Shown: positions 1 through 9,410 of the stretch, one piece after another
How positions within the stretch are numbered: position 1 is the stretch's first letter
Layout of the letters: each line of letters opens with the position of its first letter
Virus record (IMG/VR): IMGVR_UViG_3300009184_000044
Span: 4,394-68,393 of that record
Length of the DNA stretch: 64,000 nucleotides
Origin: a virus
Strand: one strand, 5' to 3'
Notes under the pieces: generated by a model
Seen by the model: only the letters and a program-made list of their open reading frames with translations
Told to the model about the DNA's origin: nothing
Database searches by the model: none
Position numbers and translations under genes: made by a program

Positions 1-2
1 TA

Positions 3-440
3 AAGGCGATTGTTCCACTGTGGCTATACGATGCAATGGCAGCAGACCTAACCTTGGCTCTTCCAGGAGATGGAACTATTTCTGTTTCAGCTGCTGAAAT
101 CCAGGGCTACCTAGCTGCAAGCAACGTAACTCTAGTTGGCTCACCAGACCTAAACTCCTTCGGAGCTCAGTCTGGTAGCGGTGCTAGCATTAACGCATTC
201 CCAGCTACCTTTGACTGGTACCTATTCGCAGAGGGTTCATTCTTGTTCCTTGATGGCGGTACTCTAGACCTAGGTATCATCCGTGACAGCTCTCTAGTTG
301 GCACAAACGACTACAAGATGTTCCTTGAAACCTTCGAGAACATTGCCTTTGTTGGTATCGAATCTCTAAAGATTACTTCAACATACAAGGTCAACGGTGT
401 GACCGCTGCCGCAGCAACTGCAGTAGCGTATACCGCTTAA
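3..440 (+). CDS. major capsid (hexamer) protein, C-terminal part, 5'-truncated by the window
   Basis: Frame is open from nt 3 (KAIVPLWLYDAMAADL...). The C-terminal motif GGTLDLGIIRDSSL..TNDYKMFLETFE resembles actinophage major capsid hexamer proteins. First gene of the structural operon. Confidence 0.75.
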   Translation, partial: KAIVPLWLYDAMAADLTLALPGDGTISVSAAEIQGYLAASNVTLVGSPDLNSFGAQSGSGASINAFPATFDWYLFAEGSFLFLDGGTLDLGIIRDSSLVGTNDYKMFLETFENIAFVGIESLKITSTYKVNGVTAAAATAVAYTA

Positions 441-455
441 TAGTTCCAATTTGGC

Positions 456-485
456 GGGTGGTGCTTCAGAAATGGAGCACCACCT
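456..485 (+). terminator. 13-bp hairpin with GAAA loop and no U-tract (attenuator or mRNA stabiliser)
   Basis: gggtggtgcttca-gaaa-tggagcaccacct lies between the two capsid genes. Confidence 0.6.
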
Positions 486-520
486 ACCACCAAAACTTTA
501 GATTTATTTAAGGATTTCGA

Positions 521-1402
521 ATGGCTTTCCCTAAGAATGGCGTGGTAGAGGCACCAAAGATTGTGCCGTCTGCTTTCGGCCTACTCGCTGTAGTCAAGCC
601 TGAAAACTCGGCTGACGAGGATATGTGGATTCGCGGTTTCTCACAGGAGTTTGAAACCGAACTTTATTCAGTAAAAAACTTGGACGATACTAATACTACT
701 AGTTCTGTACTTGTAGCTGAAGGTGTTCCTAACTATTTTACCAAAATTGACCCGTTTTTTATTGAAGTACAAGAAGTTCGTTCGACTCTTGGATTACTAG
801 GTCTTGACCGTATTGCACGTCTAACACGTCAAATTGAAGGCATTACTCAAGATGCTATGGAAAAAGAGTTGTGGGACGGTGCAATTCGTAAAGGTGCATC
901 TCACGATAACAAGGCTTTATCCTCTTCTACAGCAATTATTGTTAATAGTGGGACTGCTCTCTCTCCTAGGTTAGCACTTGCATACCTAGAGCAACATATT
1001 GGTGAATATTCTGAAGCCGGAGAGCAGGGGGTAATTCATATGACTCGAGATATAGCTGCTGCATTATCTAGCAATAACCAAATGCTATTTCACTCCAAAG
1101 ACGGTGACCACCTACAAACTTTTGGTGGTACTCCAGTTGTTATTGGGTCCGGCTATACAGGTAACGGACCTGATGGTGCAACAGGAGCAACTGCCACACA
1201 TACTAACAAATGGATGTACGCAACCGGTACCATGCGTACATATGTAGGTAATGTTGACATCGTAAACGACAATCTGGCACAGGGTTACGACGTGTCCGGA
1301 AACAAAAATGACATGCGTCTCAAAGCAATCCGCCCTGCTGCAGTTTACTTTGACACATCCATCCACCTAGCTGTCAGAGTCAATCTGACACTATTAACAT
1401 AA
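521..1402 (+). CDS. second capsid protein (major capsid pentamer-like)
   Basis: 293 aa directly after the capsid gene. The motifs PSAFGLLAV, TPVVIGSGY and WMYATG recall actinophage capsid pentamer proteins. Confidence 0.6.
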   Translation: MAFPKNGVVEAPKIVPSAFGLLAVVKPENSADEDMWIRGFSQEFETELYSVKNLDDTNTTSSVLVAEGVPNYFTKIDPFFIEVQEVRSTLGLLGLDRIARLTRQIEGITQDAMEKELWDGAIRKGASHDNKALSSSTAIIVNSGTALSPRLALAYLEQHIGEYSEAGEQGVIHMTRDIAAALSSNNQMLFHSKDGDHLQTFGGTPVVIGSGYTGNGPDGATGATATHTNKWMYATGTMRTYVGNVDIVNDNLAQGYDVSGNKNDMRLKAIRPAAVYFDTSIHLAVRVNLTLLT

Positions 1403-1424
1403 CAATTAAGAAGGAGCAAAGGCA

Positions 1425-2777
1425 ATGCCTACTCAAGACTATGCAGCAAGCATCCAGGGTGTGTCAATCCGTGTCACCCGTCTGGACGCTGCTGGAAACC
1501 TACTAACCGGCCCGCAGGATAGCTACACTACCTCGGCCTTCATGCGTGTTTCATTTACCCCTGAATATGAAGAGGGCGATGAAATTACCGAAAAGGGTGC
1601 TAATGGTGTTGTATGTGTATCATACAAAGCCCCAGACACTCTAAAGAGAATCACAATGGAACTCGCTATCTGTGAGCCAGACCCAGAGCTTTCTGCTCTA
1701 CTATCTGGTGGTCTACTGCTTCGCAAGAACGTTGGAACTACTCTTGACCCTAACAACCAGTCAATCGGTTGGGCTGCTCCAGGTGTTGGAGATGACCCTG
1801 CTGGTAACGGTGTTGCAGTTGAGGCTTGGTCTCACGCAGTGTCAGGTGGAAAGCGTGCTGGTGTTATGCCTTATTTCCACTGGGTATTCCCATATGCTAA
1901 GTTCCGTCAGTCAGGTGACCGTGTTATTGAAAACGGTCTATTGGCTAATACATTCGAAGGTTATGGCCTTGGAAACGTAAACTTCAAGTCAGGTATCGAC
2001 GGCCGCTGGGAGTTCCCTGTTGCTGCAGAGCGTCCATATGCTTACGCACGCAGTTCATGGGCACCTCTTGGTCTTCGTGGACTCTACACTTGGACCGATA
2101 ACTCAACTGACCAGGTTACATTTACTGCGTCTAACGCCCTACAGCCAAGTACAATCACTGTAAGCACTGCTCTACTAGATACCAACGTAGCTAGCCTTAG
2201 ATTCAGCAATGACCCTAAGATTGAAATTGGAGACCAGATTTATGTAACTAATGTCGGTAACTCATTCGATGGAACCTACTCAGTTTCTGCTGTTGCTCCA
2301 TTTACCACAACATTTGCTACTGCTAACATAACAAGCAACATACTTAAGTACACTGGTACTAACCTAACTCTAGTTGCTGGTGACGTAATTACTGTAACTG
2401 ACTACGTCAATACTGCGCTTAATGGCACTGCAATGACAGTCTTAACTGCTAATACTACTACAGTAACTGTTGCTAAGACCAACGTAGATGTCCCAACAGT
2501 AACTGCTACAGGTAACGTATCTATTACGAACGCTAGAGTCAGCTATGCTAAGGTAGCATCAAACGTTGCATTGTTCACTGTTGTATCACCTGCGCGTGTT
2601 CAGCTATCTAACTCTACAACTGAGGTCCGCCCTGCTACTCCAGTTGCAACTGCTACACTTACTCACACTGGAGCTAATGACGAGTTCAACGTTCCTGGTA
2701 GCGTAGTCTATAACCCAGCTAACGTAATTGATAACATTATCGTTGCTAACGAGACTGGCTCAACTGCAGCCAACTAA
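1425..2777 (+). CDS. major tail tube protein with C-terminal beta-rich extension
   Basis: N-terminal SIQGVSIRVTRLDAAG / EYEEGDEITEK..NG.VC motifs of actinophage major tail proteins. Strong SD (aaggag) and synteny agree. Confidence 0.8.
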   Translation: MPTQDYAASIQGVSIRVTRLDAAGNLLTGPQDSYTTSAFMRVSFTPEYEEGDEITEKGANGVVCVSYKAPDTLKRITMELAICEPDPELSALLSGGLLLRKNVGTTLDPNNQSIGWAAPGVGDDPAGNGVAVEAWSHAVSGGKRAGVMPYFHWVFPYAKFRQSGDRVIENGLLANTFEGYGLGNVNFKSGIDGRWEFPVAAERPYAYARSSWAPLGLRGLYTWTDNSTDQVTFTASNALQPSTITVSTALLDTNVASLRFSNDPKIEIGDQIYVTNVGNSFDGTYSVSAVAPFTTTFATANITSNILKYTGTNLTLVAGDVITVTDYVNTALNGTAMTVLTANTTTVTVAKTNVDVPTVTATGNVSITNARVSYAKVASNVALFTVVSPARVQLSNSTTEVRPATPVATATLTHTGANDEFNVPGSVVYNPANVIDNIIVANETGSTAAN

Positions 2778-2792
2778 TTAGCTAACTGAGTA

Positions 2793-2826
2793 GGGCGGTG
2801 CATCCAATAACTTGGGTGTGCCGCCC
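2793..2826 (+). terminator. 15-bp hairpin after the major tail gene
   Basis: gggcggtgcatccaa-taac-ttgggtgtgccgccc. Confidence 0.6.
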
Positions 2827-2849
2827 GCTTAGTTTCACAATGGAGAATT

Positions 2850-3959
2850 ATGAGTAATAATTTATGGGTTCAGCCAGAAGACCTTGGCGACTATGCTTAC
2901 TCTGAGTATGCCACCGAGGCGGCTCAAACAGCATCGTTTATGCTTTGGGCTATGTCTGGTCGTAAATATACTGGCGTAACAACAGTTACTGAAAGATATA
3001 CCTGTGTGCTTAGAAATAATCGCATGGGACCATCAACTAAAACTAATTCTCCTGTACTTTTTGGTGGAGATGTTTACAACATCCCATCAGGAGACTACGA
3101 TGAGTATTCAGAACTCACCGCAGATGGCCTCTCTCCCGACGCCCGCATCCGTCTTCGCGGAAGACCAATTGTAAAAATTATTGCTATGCGTAATAAAACT
3201 GGTGCTATTTTAGACCCGTCTAGTTATTACCTAGTAGACCATTCAACTATTCACGTTGTTGCTGGTACCCCTTGGACTCCTTGCAATACAGAAATTACCT
3301 ATACCTACGGAACCCCTGTTCCTATAGCCGGAAAGATGGCTGCTAGAACTCTTGCTATGGAGTTTGCCAAACTTTGGGCTGGAGATGATGACTGTGCTCT
3401 ACCTCAGCGTGTTACCTCTGTTTCTCGTCAGGGCGTCTCTTACACAATCCTTGACAACCAGGAGTTCATCGATGAACTTCGCACTGGTATCTACGCAATC
3501 GACCTTTTCTTAAAAACAGTAAACCCAGACAATGCCAGACGCAAGGCTAAAGTATTTACTCCTGATGTTCCTCGCGGTCGCCGTTATACAGCAAAGCCTC
3601 TATACCTAACTGCTGATGCAAAGTATGACGTAAACGTTCACGGAGCTACTGCAGGAACTTGGACTTCGGTTGGAACAACATCTAATTTGACCGCTCTTGT
3701 AGACGATGTTGGCTGGACTCCAGTTGTAACTCTTCGTAACTACGGTGGTACTAAATCTGTAGATTTAGATACAGGAGCAATTAGCGTAAACACAACTACT
3801 AACGTTGTAACCTTTAGCGTCTCTTACGACAAAGCATTTGCAGCAATTGGTATGGTAGACCCTGGGACTTGGACTCTTTACGCAACTAAAACTGTTGCTG
3901 GTGTTTCTACTATCTCACAACTTGCTACTGGTAACTTAACCATAAGAATGTGGCCGTAA
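2850..3959 (+). CDS. head-to-tail adaptor with C-terminal extension
   Basis: LWAMSGRKY and LPQRVTSVSRQGVSY motifs typical of actinophage adaptors; synteny. Confidence 0.7.
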   Translation: MSNNLWVQPEDLGDYAYSEYATEAAQTASFMLWAMSGRKYTGVTTVTERYTCVLRNNRMGPSTKTNSPVLFGGDVYNIPSGDYDEYSELTADGLSPDARIRLRGRPIVKIIAMRNKTGAILDPSSYYLVDHSTIHVVAGTPWTPCNTEITYTYGTPVPIAGKMAARTLAMEFAKLWAGDDDCALPQRVTSVSRQGVSYTILDNQEFIDELRTGIYAIDLFLKTVNPDNARRKAKVFTPDVPRGRRYTAKPLYLTADAKYDVNVHGATAGTWTSVGTTSNLTALVDDVGWTPVVTLRNYGGTKSVDLDTGAISVNTTTNVVTFSVSYDKAFAAIGMVDPGTWTLYATKTVAGVSTISQLATGNLTIRMWP

Positions 3960-3973
3960 AGGTATAAAAATAC

Positions 3974-4471
3974 ATGAGAGACTTAAACGCAGTTGATTCT
4001 GAGGCACTACGCCTCAAGAATATGCTTGACGGGGTACTGGAACGTGTGCAGAGTGTATATCAAAGCTACAACGTTCCACTACCTAATCGCCAGTATTGGA
4101 TGATTGGTGAGCCAGCCTTAGACTGCGAGCAAGTTGTTGTTGCCTTTGACCAGCTATATTTAGGAACTCCGGGAGATGAGATTGCTCAGCCAAACCGATG
4201 CAATGTTCCTCGTAGTGCTACGTTCCGTATTCTAATTGCCAGAGAAGTTGCTGTTGTTGGAGTAAATGGTCGCCCACCGACGGGTGAAAAGATTCAGCAG
4301 ACTTCTGTACTACCAACAATTGACGCTTGGATTCTTATGGAGACTGTTCGTGAATTTGATATGTGGGATGAAAGCGGTTATGGTCTTGGCGTTGTTGCTA
4401 GCTTAGAAATTGCTGGACCTGAAGGTGGATTCAACACAGTGGGGCTCAGACTAACGATGGCAGTTCCTTAA
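3974..4471 (+). CDS. tail completion / terminator-type virion protein
   Basis: Synteny in the neck/tail module; C-terminal GPEGG motif. Confidence 0.5.
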   Translation: MRDLNAVDSEALRLKNMLDGVLERVQSVYQSYNVPLPNRQYWMIGEPALDCEQVVVAFDQLYLGTPGDEIAQPNRCNVPRSATFRILIAREVAVVGVNGRPPTGEKIQQTSVLPTIDAWILMETVREFDMWDESGYGLGVVASLEIAGPEGGFNTVGLRLTMAVP

Positions 4472-4472
4472 A

Positions 4473-4898
4473 ATGGCTGTCTCGAGGTACAGGCTTCAAA
4501 TATATGATTCCAAACTTAACGTATTTTTAAATACCCCTAATTCAGGGGACCGCAAGGATTTGTGGAAGTATATTGAACGCCACCTAAAACTTGCAGTATT
4601 TGCATCTAAAAAAGATGTTGGTGTTAGAACTGGTGCTCTGCGTGCTAGTATTTCTGGATATCATTTGGGAAATGTTACTGGTCAATATGCTGGTGTTCGT
4701 GCCGTTAGACCTTATGCTTTGATGCATCACGAGGGAACTAGACCACATCTTATAAAACCAAACTCAGCTCCTAAATTGGTTTTTATGAGCAAAAGTCGAA
4801 TTATTAAAACCTCTCTTGTTCACCACCCAGGAACTAAGCCAAATCCATTCTTACGAAAAAATTTAGATATTCTTGCTGGTATCCGAGGACCTAAATAG
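4473..4898 (+). CDS. HK97 gp10-like neck/tail component
   Basis: VRTGALRASI, YALMHHEGTRPH and VHHPGTKPNPFL motifs. Confidence 0.7.
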   Translation: MAVSRYRLQIYDSKLNVFLNTPNSGDRKDLWKYIERHLKLAVFASKKDVGVRTGALRASISGYHLGNVTGQYAGVRAVRPYALMHHEGTRPHLIKPNSAPKLVFMSKSRIIKTSLVHHPGTKPNPFLRKNLDILAGIRGPK

Positions 4899-4980
4899 GC
4901 AATCTCAGGGCATAGTACAATAGACATAGGCGTTATGCAACGCTTTTCTACTACAACTACAAAAGAAAGATACTACTAAG

Positions 4981-5322
4981 ATGGCAAGATTTAAAGATTT
5001 TGGTAAAGGCAAAGACGACGGTTCAGATACTAAAGAACCAATTAAGTTTGCACTTCATGGCGAAGAATTTGTATGCCACCCAAGAATGCAGGGTAAGACC
5101 CTATTACAGTTCGTAGAGCTGGCTAACTCAGACGATGCAGGAGATTCTGCAAAAATTACCCGAGTTTTCTTTGAAAAAGTTATGTCTGCTGAGACATATG
5201 AGCGTTTCAATACTCTACTTGATGACCCAGACAAGATTGTTTCCGTTGAGACACTTGGTGAAATCATTGGCTGGATTATTGAGGAATATAGCAACCGCCC
5301 AAATCAGCAGCCAGAGGCCTAA
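4981..5322 (+). CDS. tail assembly chaperone (G)
   Basis: Two genes upstream of tape measure, with a slippery heptamer near its 3' end. Confidence 0.75.
   Translation: MARFKDFGKGKDDGSDTKEPIKFALHGEEFVCHPRMQGKTLLQFVELANSDDAGDSAKITRVFFEKVMSAETYERFNTLLDDPDKIVSVETLGEIIGWIIEEYSNRPNQQPEA
5298..5304 (+). promoter_or_regulatory. programmed -1 frameshift site C CCA AAT
   Basis: X XXY YYZ heptamer in frame. The -1 frame (PKSAARGLTLWAVDLWPYVNGKALVNG...) is open into ORF 5370..5711. Confidence 0.7.
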
Positions 5323-5369
5323 CACTCTGGGCGGTTGACCTCTGGCCGTATGTAAATGGTAAAGCACTA

Positions 5370-5711
5370 GTGAATGGATTGAAACTTGAAGAGATGGAAC
5401 TCTCTGACATGCTAGACGTCGTTCACTACTTCTATGAAGAAGACCTGAACTACTCTACTGTTGAGCAGGCTCAGATGACTGATGCTAGAAGAATCACCCT
5501 GTTTAAGCAACTTTACAATATTGACTATAAATATGCATCTAATGATGTAAAAAATAAAGTTGCTAGTAATTCTAATTTTGATTATGACTTTGATGACCTT
5601 GCTCCATTTGACCCTACCAATGCTGAGACAAAACCATTTGTCCCTGCAACTGACATGAATGAAAACTCAAGTACCCCATTTGGCGACATTCTAGATGCTC
5701 CAATTAATTAG
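5370..5711 (+). CDS. tail assembly chaperone frameshift extension (GT part)
   Basis: Same frame as the -1 product from 5298; immediately before tape measure. Confidence 0.7.
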   Translation: MNGLKLEEMELSDMLDVVHYFYEEDLNYSTVEQAQMTDARRITLFKQLYNIDYKYASNDVKNKVASNSNFDYDFDDLAPFDPTNAETKPFVPATDMNENSSTPFGDILDAPIN

Positions 5712-5732
5712 TGATTAGGAGGAGGTGAACAT

Positions 5733-8700
5733 ATGGCAGTAGTCGGTGAAGCAAGAATTACCGTTGTCGCCGACACTACCGGCGTAAAAGAGCAAATTCG
5801 TAGAGGTTTTCGTGGTGCTGCCGCTGAGGCAGAGACTGCTGCTAATGACACATCTAAAGCTTTCAATAAAGGACTGAATAAAAGTCTAGGTGAAGGTGCT
5901 CGCGGAATGAGTAAATTCCAAAGAGAATCTAAGCAACTAGCTAGCAGTTTCCACGCAGCTATCCGTAGTAGTTATAAACTCCAAGCTGGTATTGGAGCAT
6001 TGATTCCAACTTTATCCGCTGTTGGCGGAGGGTTGTTGGCTCTTATTGGAAACTTGGCTGGTGCCGCATCTGCCGGTATAGCACTAGTTGGCATGATGGC
6101 TCAGCTAAAAATTGCAAGCCTAGTCGGTAAGCAAGCTTTTAGTGGGGTAATGCAAGCTGTCAAGGCTGGCGGTACAGCTGCTGGCGGCACTACTAAAACT
6201 ATTAGAGAACTTAAAGAAGAAATGCAGCAACTTGCTTTCTCTGCTGAAGAGGCTGCTCTTAGTGAAGAAAAAGCTGCCATGGGGTTGGAAGAAGCTAGGA
6301 AAAAACTTGCTGCGGTCCAGAATCTGCCGCCAAACAACTCAGCTAGGCGTGAGGCCGAACTTGCATATAAAGAAGCTGACCTTGCTTATAGAAAAGCAAA
6401 AGATAAAAATGCTGACCTTCAAGAGCAAATAGCTAACCCTAAGAAAAAGAAAAGTGGCGGTGCAGGAGCCGACCCATATAAAGATTTAACTAAGACACAG
6501 AAGGCGTTTGCTCAATATCTAGTTAGCGTACAGCCTCGAATGAAGGAGCTAAGGGAGGCTGCTGCCTCAAGCTTCCTGCCCGAACTCACTAAACAAATGC
6601 AAACCATGTTTAAGGGTGGCTTCTTTCAAATGCTCGTTAAGGGGTTTGGAGATGTTAGCAAGGGGCTAGCCAAAGCAACTGGGGGATTTGCAGGAAGTCT
6701 TTTTGACCCACAAACTAAAGGTAACTTAGGCGAATTTTTTAAGAATAGCGGTACAACCGTTGGAACTCTAGGTAGCACTTTAGGTAAAGCTTTTGGCGGG
6801 TTCTTAACTTTAATGCGCGCTGTTCAGCCTTTAATTAGTAAATTTAGTCTGTTTTTAAATTCAAAAGCCGACAGCTTTGGAAAAAATATGCAAGGCAATT
6901 TTGCCAATATTATGCAATTTTTTAGAGATGCCGGAGATGCTGCTGCTGGATGGGGGTCAATCCTAGGTAAAATCTTTGAAAAATTCAAGGGGATGATTAA
7001 AGCTAACGTTGGACCTGGAACTGGCGGGCAGCTTCTCCTTGACTACTTCAAGCAAGGAACAGACGGATTCCGTGGTTTAGATGGTGCTGCTGGGGAGTTT
7101 GCTCGTAAACAGCACTTCCTAGCTGCTGCTACAAACCTAAAAGCAATTTTAGATAGCGTTAGTAAAATATTTGGTTTTATGTCTGACCTAGGTACTGACC
7201 CATCTGTTGCTAGTTTTTGGAGTATTCTTTCTGAACTAGAGGGGCCGTTATCAGAAATTTTTGCTTCTATTCAGGGTTCTAGCGATGAATTAGCTCGTAT
7301 GCTAGTTGCTATTTTAGAGATAGTAGCCTCATTCACTGACTCTGGTCAGTTAAATGCTTACATGAGTATTCTTACAGCTATTTTGAAAACTATAGTTGGC
7401 ATTATTAATGTTTTTAAACCTTTAATTCAAGCAATGGGGCCACTAGTCGGTACTGTTGGAGCTTTAGTTACTACAATGCTTCTTCTATCTAAAGCAACAA
7501 AAATTGCCTATGGAACTTATATGATTTTTAATAAAGTTATGATGTTCTTTACATTCCTGTCAAATGCTCAGAGAATGGCAACTATGGGTAACGTTGTTGC
7601 AACCAGCTTACTAACTCGAACTAAAGCCGCTTTAGTAGCCATGACTACCAAAGAGGGCATAAAAACAATGTTTAATACAATTAAACTTGGAATAGAAGCT
7701 ATTGCAAAATATGCAAGCGCTTCTGCCTCTATTGCAATGGGTGGAGCAGCCCAGGTTGCTGCAGTTGGTACAGGAGAGCTTGCTATTGCAGTAAATGCAG
7801 CGATTTGGCCTCTAACACTTATTGTTGCAGCTATTGCCTTAGTTGTAGTTGGAATTATTGCTCTTGTTGGTTGGATGAATCAAATTAAAGCCGACAACAT
7901 TAAAAAAGCTAGCAAAGAAATCAATAAAGAATTTGATAACACCAGAGGTAAAATTATTGGTGCTGCTGATGCTCAGCGTATGTGGACTGCATCTCTTCTG
8001 GCAGTTGGCGACGAACAGAAGGGTGGAATCAGAGACATTAAGGACATGGGTAAAGCTCTTAATGCTACTGGTGTTGCTTATGGTAGGGGTGGTACAGGGG
8101 CAAGATACTACTCTAGAGAAACATATAATGCTAGGGAAGTCATGGATACATACATGACAAGCCTAGCTAAACTAGCTAAAAAGAATCTTCCGGAGGCTCA
8201 GCGTCAATTCCGTAATTTGGTTGTTTCTAGCGGAATGAACCGACAGGCAACTGAACTTGCAATTACTTCTAATGAAGAGATGGTTAAGTCTCTAGAAAAG
8301 CAAGCTAAAGCAATGGGTGATACCATTATGAATGCTGACGGTACGGTCAATGCTATGAAGGCTGTTGACTATGCTATTGGTGAAGGCTCTTATGTCCGAC
8401 AAAAAGCAAGACTAGAGCAACAAAAGTTTGCTGAAACATTTAAGAATGCTGCTAAATCATTTATTGATACAAATGATGCTATGCAAAAAGCAACGGATGA
8501 AAAAGGTAAGTTTAGTTTAACTAAGTATTTGGACAATCTAAAGACCCAGACTGGTGCTCTTACCAACTGGAGAACTAATATCACTAAGCTTAATAGCTTA
8601 TTCAAGGATAAAAAAGCACTTCAAGGTATTATTGCTCAAGGCTCTGCCGGTGCTGATTTAGTTCAGTCTCTAGTTAGTGGTGGTGCAGCTGCCGTTGCTC

Positions 8701-9410
8701 AGTATACTGCTGTAGGTAAAGCTGCTTCCGGTGCTACTAAAGAAGCTGAAACTCTAGCTGCTGCGTATAGCGGCACCGAAGCTGTATATAATCTACTTAA
8801 AAAACAGTTTACAGGTCAGACAATAGAGAAAATACGAAATGAAATTGAAGGTGGACTAACTGGAATGGAGCTTGCCGCTAAGTATGGGATTAGGGATGCA
8901 GACGTAATTGCTGAGCAAAAACGTATCCAGGGTGGGGCTGACCTAGCTAAGAGTGTAAATCTTACTGCTCAGTGGGATAAGCAGTCTCTAGCCGATGCAA
9001 AAAAAGCTCTACAGGATGGTCTAGGTAAAACTGAAATCTATGTTAAATCTGCTAAAGATGGTGGATTCTTTTCTGCTGGACTACCTAATGGATTTAAGAC
9101 TGGTGGTTTAGTTAGCCGTTTTGCTAATGGCTGGGGTCCTAGCTACACTGGACGTGTTTCTGGACTTGGTACTGCCCGTTCAGACCAAATTCCTGCAATG
9201 ATTTCAAATGGTGAGTTTGTTATGAATGCTCGTGCTACTGCTCAAAATCTTTCACTCTTGACTGCTATGAACAATAATCAAAATGTTTCTGGCATTGGTG
9301 GCGGTATAAATGTAGTAGTAAATGCTGCTCCTGGAATGGATGAGCAACAGGTTGCGTCCCTTGTAGCATTCCAACTTAGGTCTCAAATGAGGATGGGTGC
9401 GACTATCTAA
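5733..9410 (+). CDS. tape measure protein
   Basis: 1225 aa, Ala/Gly-rich and helical, with hydrophobic segments. N-terminal VVGEARITV and C-terminal GLGTARSDQIPAMISNGEFV motifs. Confidence 0.9.
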   Translation: MAVVGEARITVVADTTGVKEQIRRGFRGAAAEAETAANDTSKAFNKGLNKSLGEGARGMSKFQRESKQLASSFHAAIRSSYKLQAGIGALIPTLSAVGGGLLALIGNLAGAASAGIALVGMMAQLKIASLVGKQAFSGVMQAVKAGGTAAGGTTKTIRELKEEMQQLAFSAEEAALSEEKAAMGLEEARKKLAAVQNLPPNNSARREAELAYKEADLAYRKAKDKNADLQEQIANPKKKKSGGAGADPYKDLTKTQKAFAQYLVSVQPRMKELREAAASSFLPELTKQMQTMFKGGFFQMLVKGFGDVSKGLAKATGGFAGSLFDPQTKGNLGEFFKNSGTTVGTLGSTLGKAFGGFLTLMRAVQPLISKFSLFLNSKADSFGKNMQGNFANIMQFFRDAGDAAAGWGSILGKIFEKFKGMIKANVGPGTGGQLLLDYFKQGTDGFRGLDGAAGEFARKQHFLAAATNLKAILDSVSKIFGFMSDLGTDPSVASFWSILSELEGPLSEIFASIQGSSDELARMLVAILEIVASFTDSGQLNAYMSILTAILKTIVGIINVFKPLIQAMGPLVGTVGALVTTMLLLSKATKIAYGTYMIFNKVMMFFTFLSNAQRMATMGNVVATSLLTRTKAALVAMTTKEGIKTMFNTIKLGIEAIAKYASASASIAMGGAAQVAAVGTGELAIAVNAAIWPLTLIVAAIALVVVGIIALVGWMNQIKADNIKKASKEINKEFDNTRGKIIGAADAQRMWTASLLAVGDEQKGGIRDIKDMGKALNATGVAYGRGGTGARYYSRETYNAREVMDTYMTSLAKLAKKNLPEAQRQFRNLVVSSGMNRQATELAITSNEEMVKSLEKQAKAMGDTIMNADGTVNAMKAVDYAIGEGSYVRQKARLEQQKFAETFKNAAKSFIDTNDAMQKATDEKGKFSLTKYLDNLKTQTGALTNWRTNITKLNSLFKDKKALQGIIAQGSAGADLVQSLVSGGAAAVAQYTAVGKAASGATKEAETLAAAYSGTEAVYNLLKKQFTGQTIEKIRNEIEGGLTGMELAAKYGIRDADVIAEQKRIQGGADLAKSVNLTAQWDKQSLADAKKALQDGLGKTEIYVKSAKDGGFFSAGLPNGFKTGGLVSRFANGWGPSYTGRVSGLGTARSDQIPAMISNGEFVMNARATAQNLSLLTAMNNNQNVSGIGGGINVVVNAAPGMDEQQVASLVAFQLRSQMRMGATI

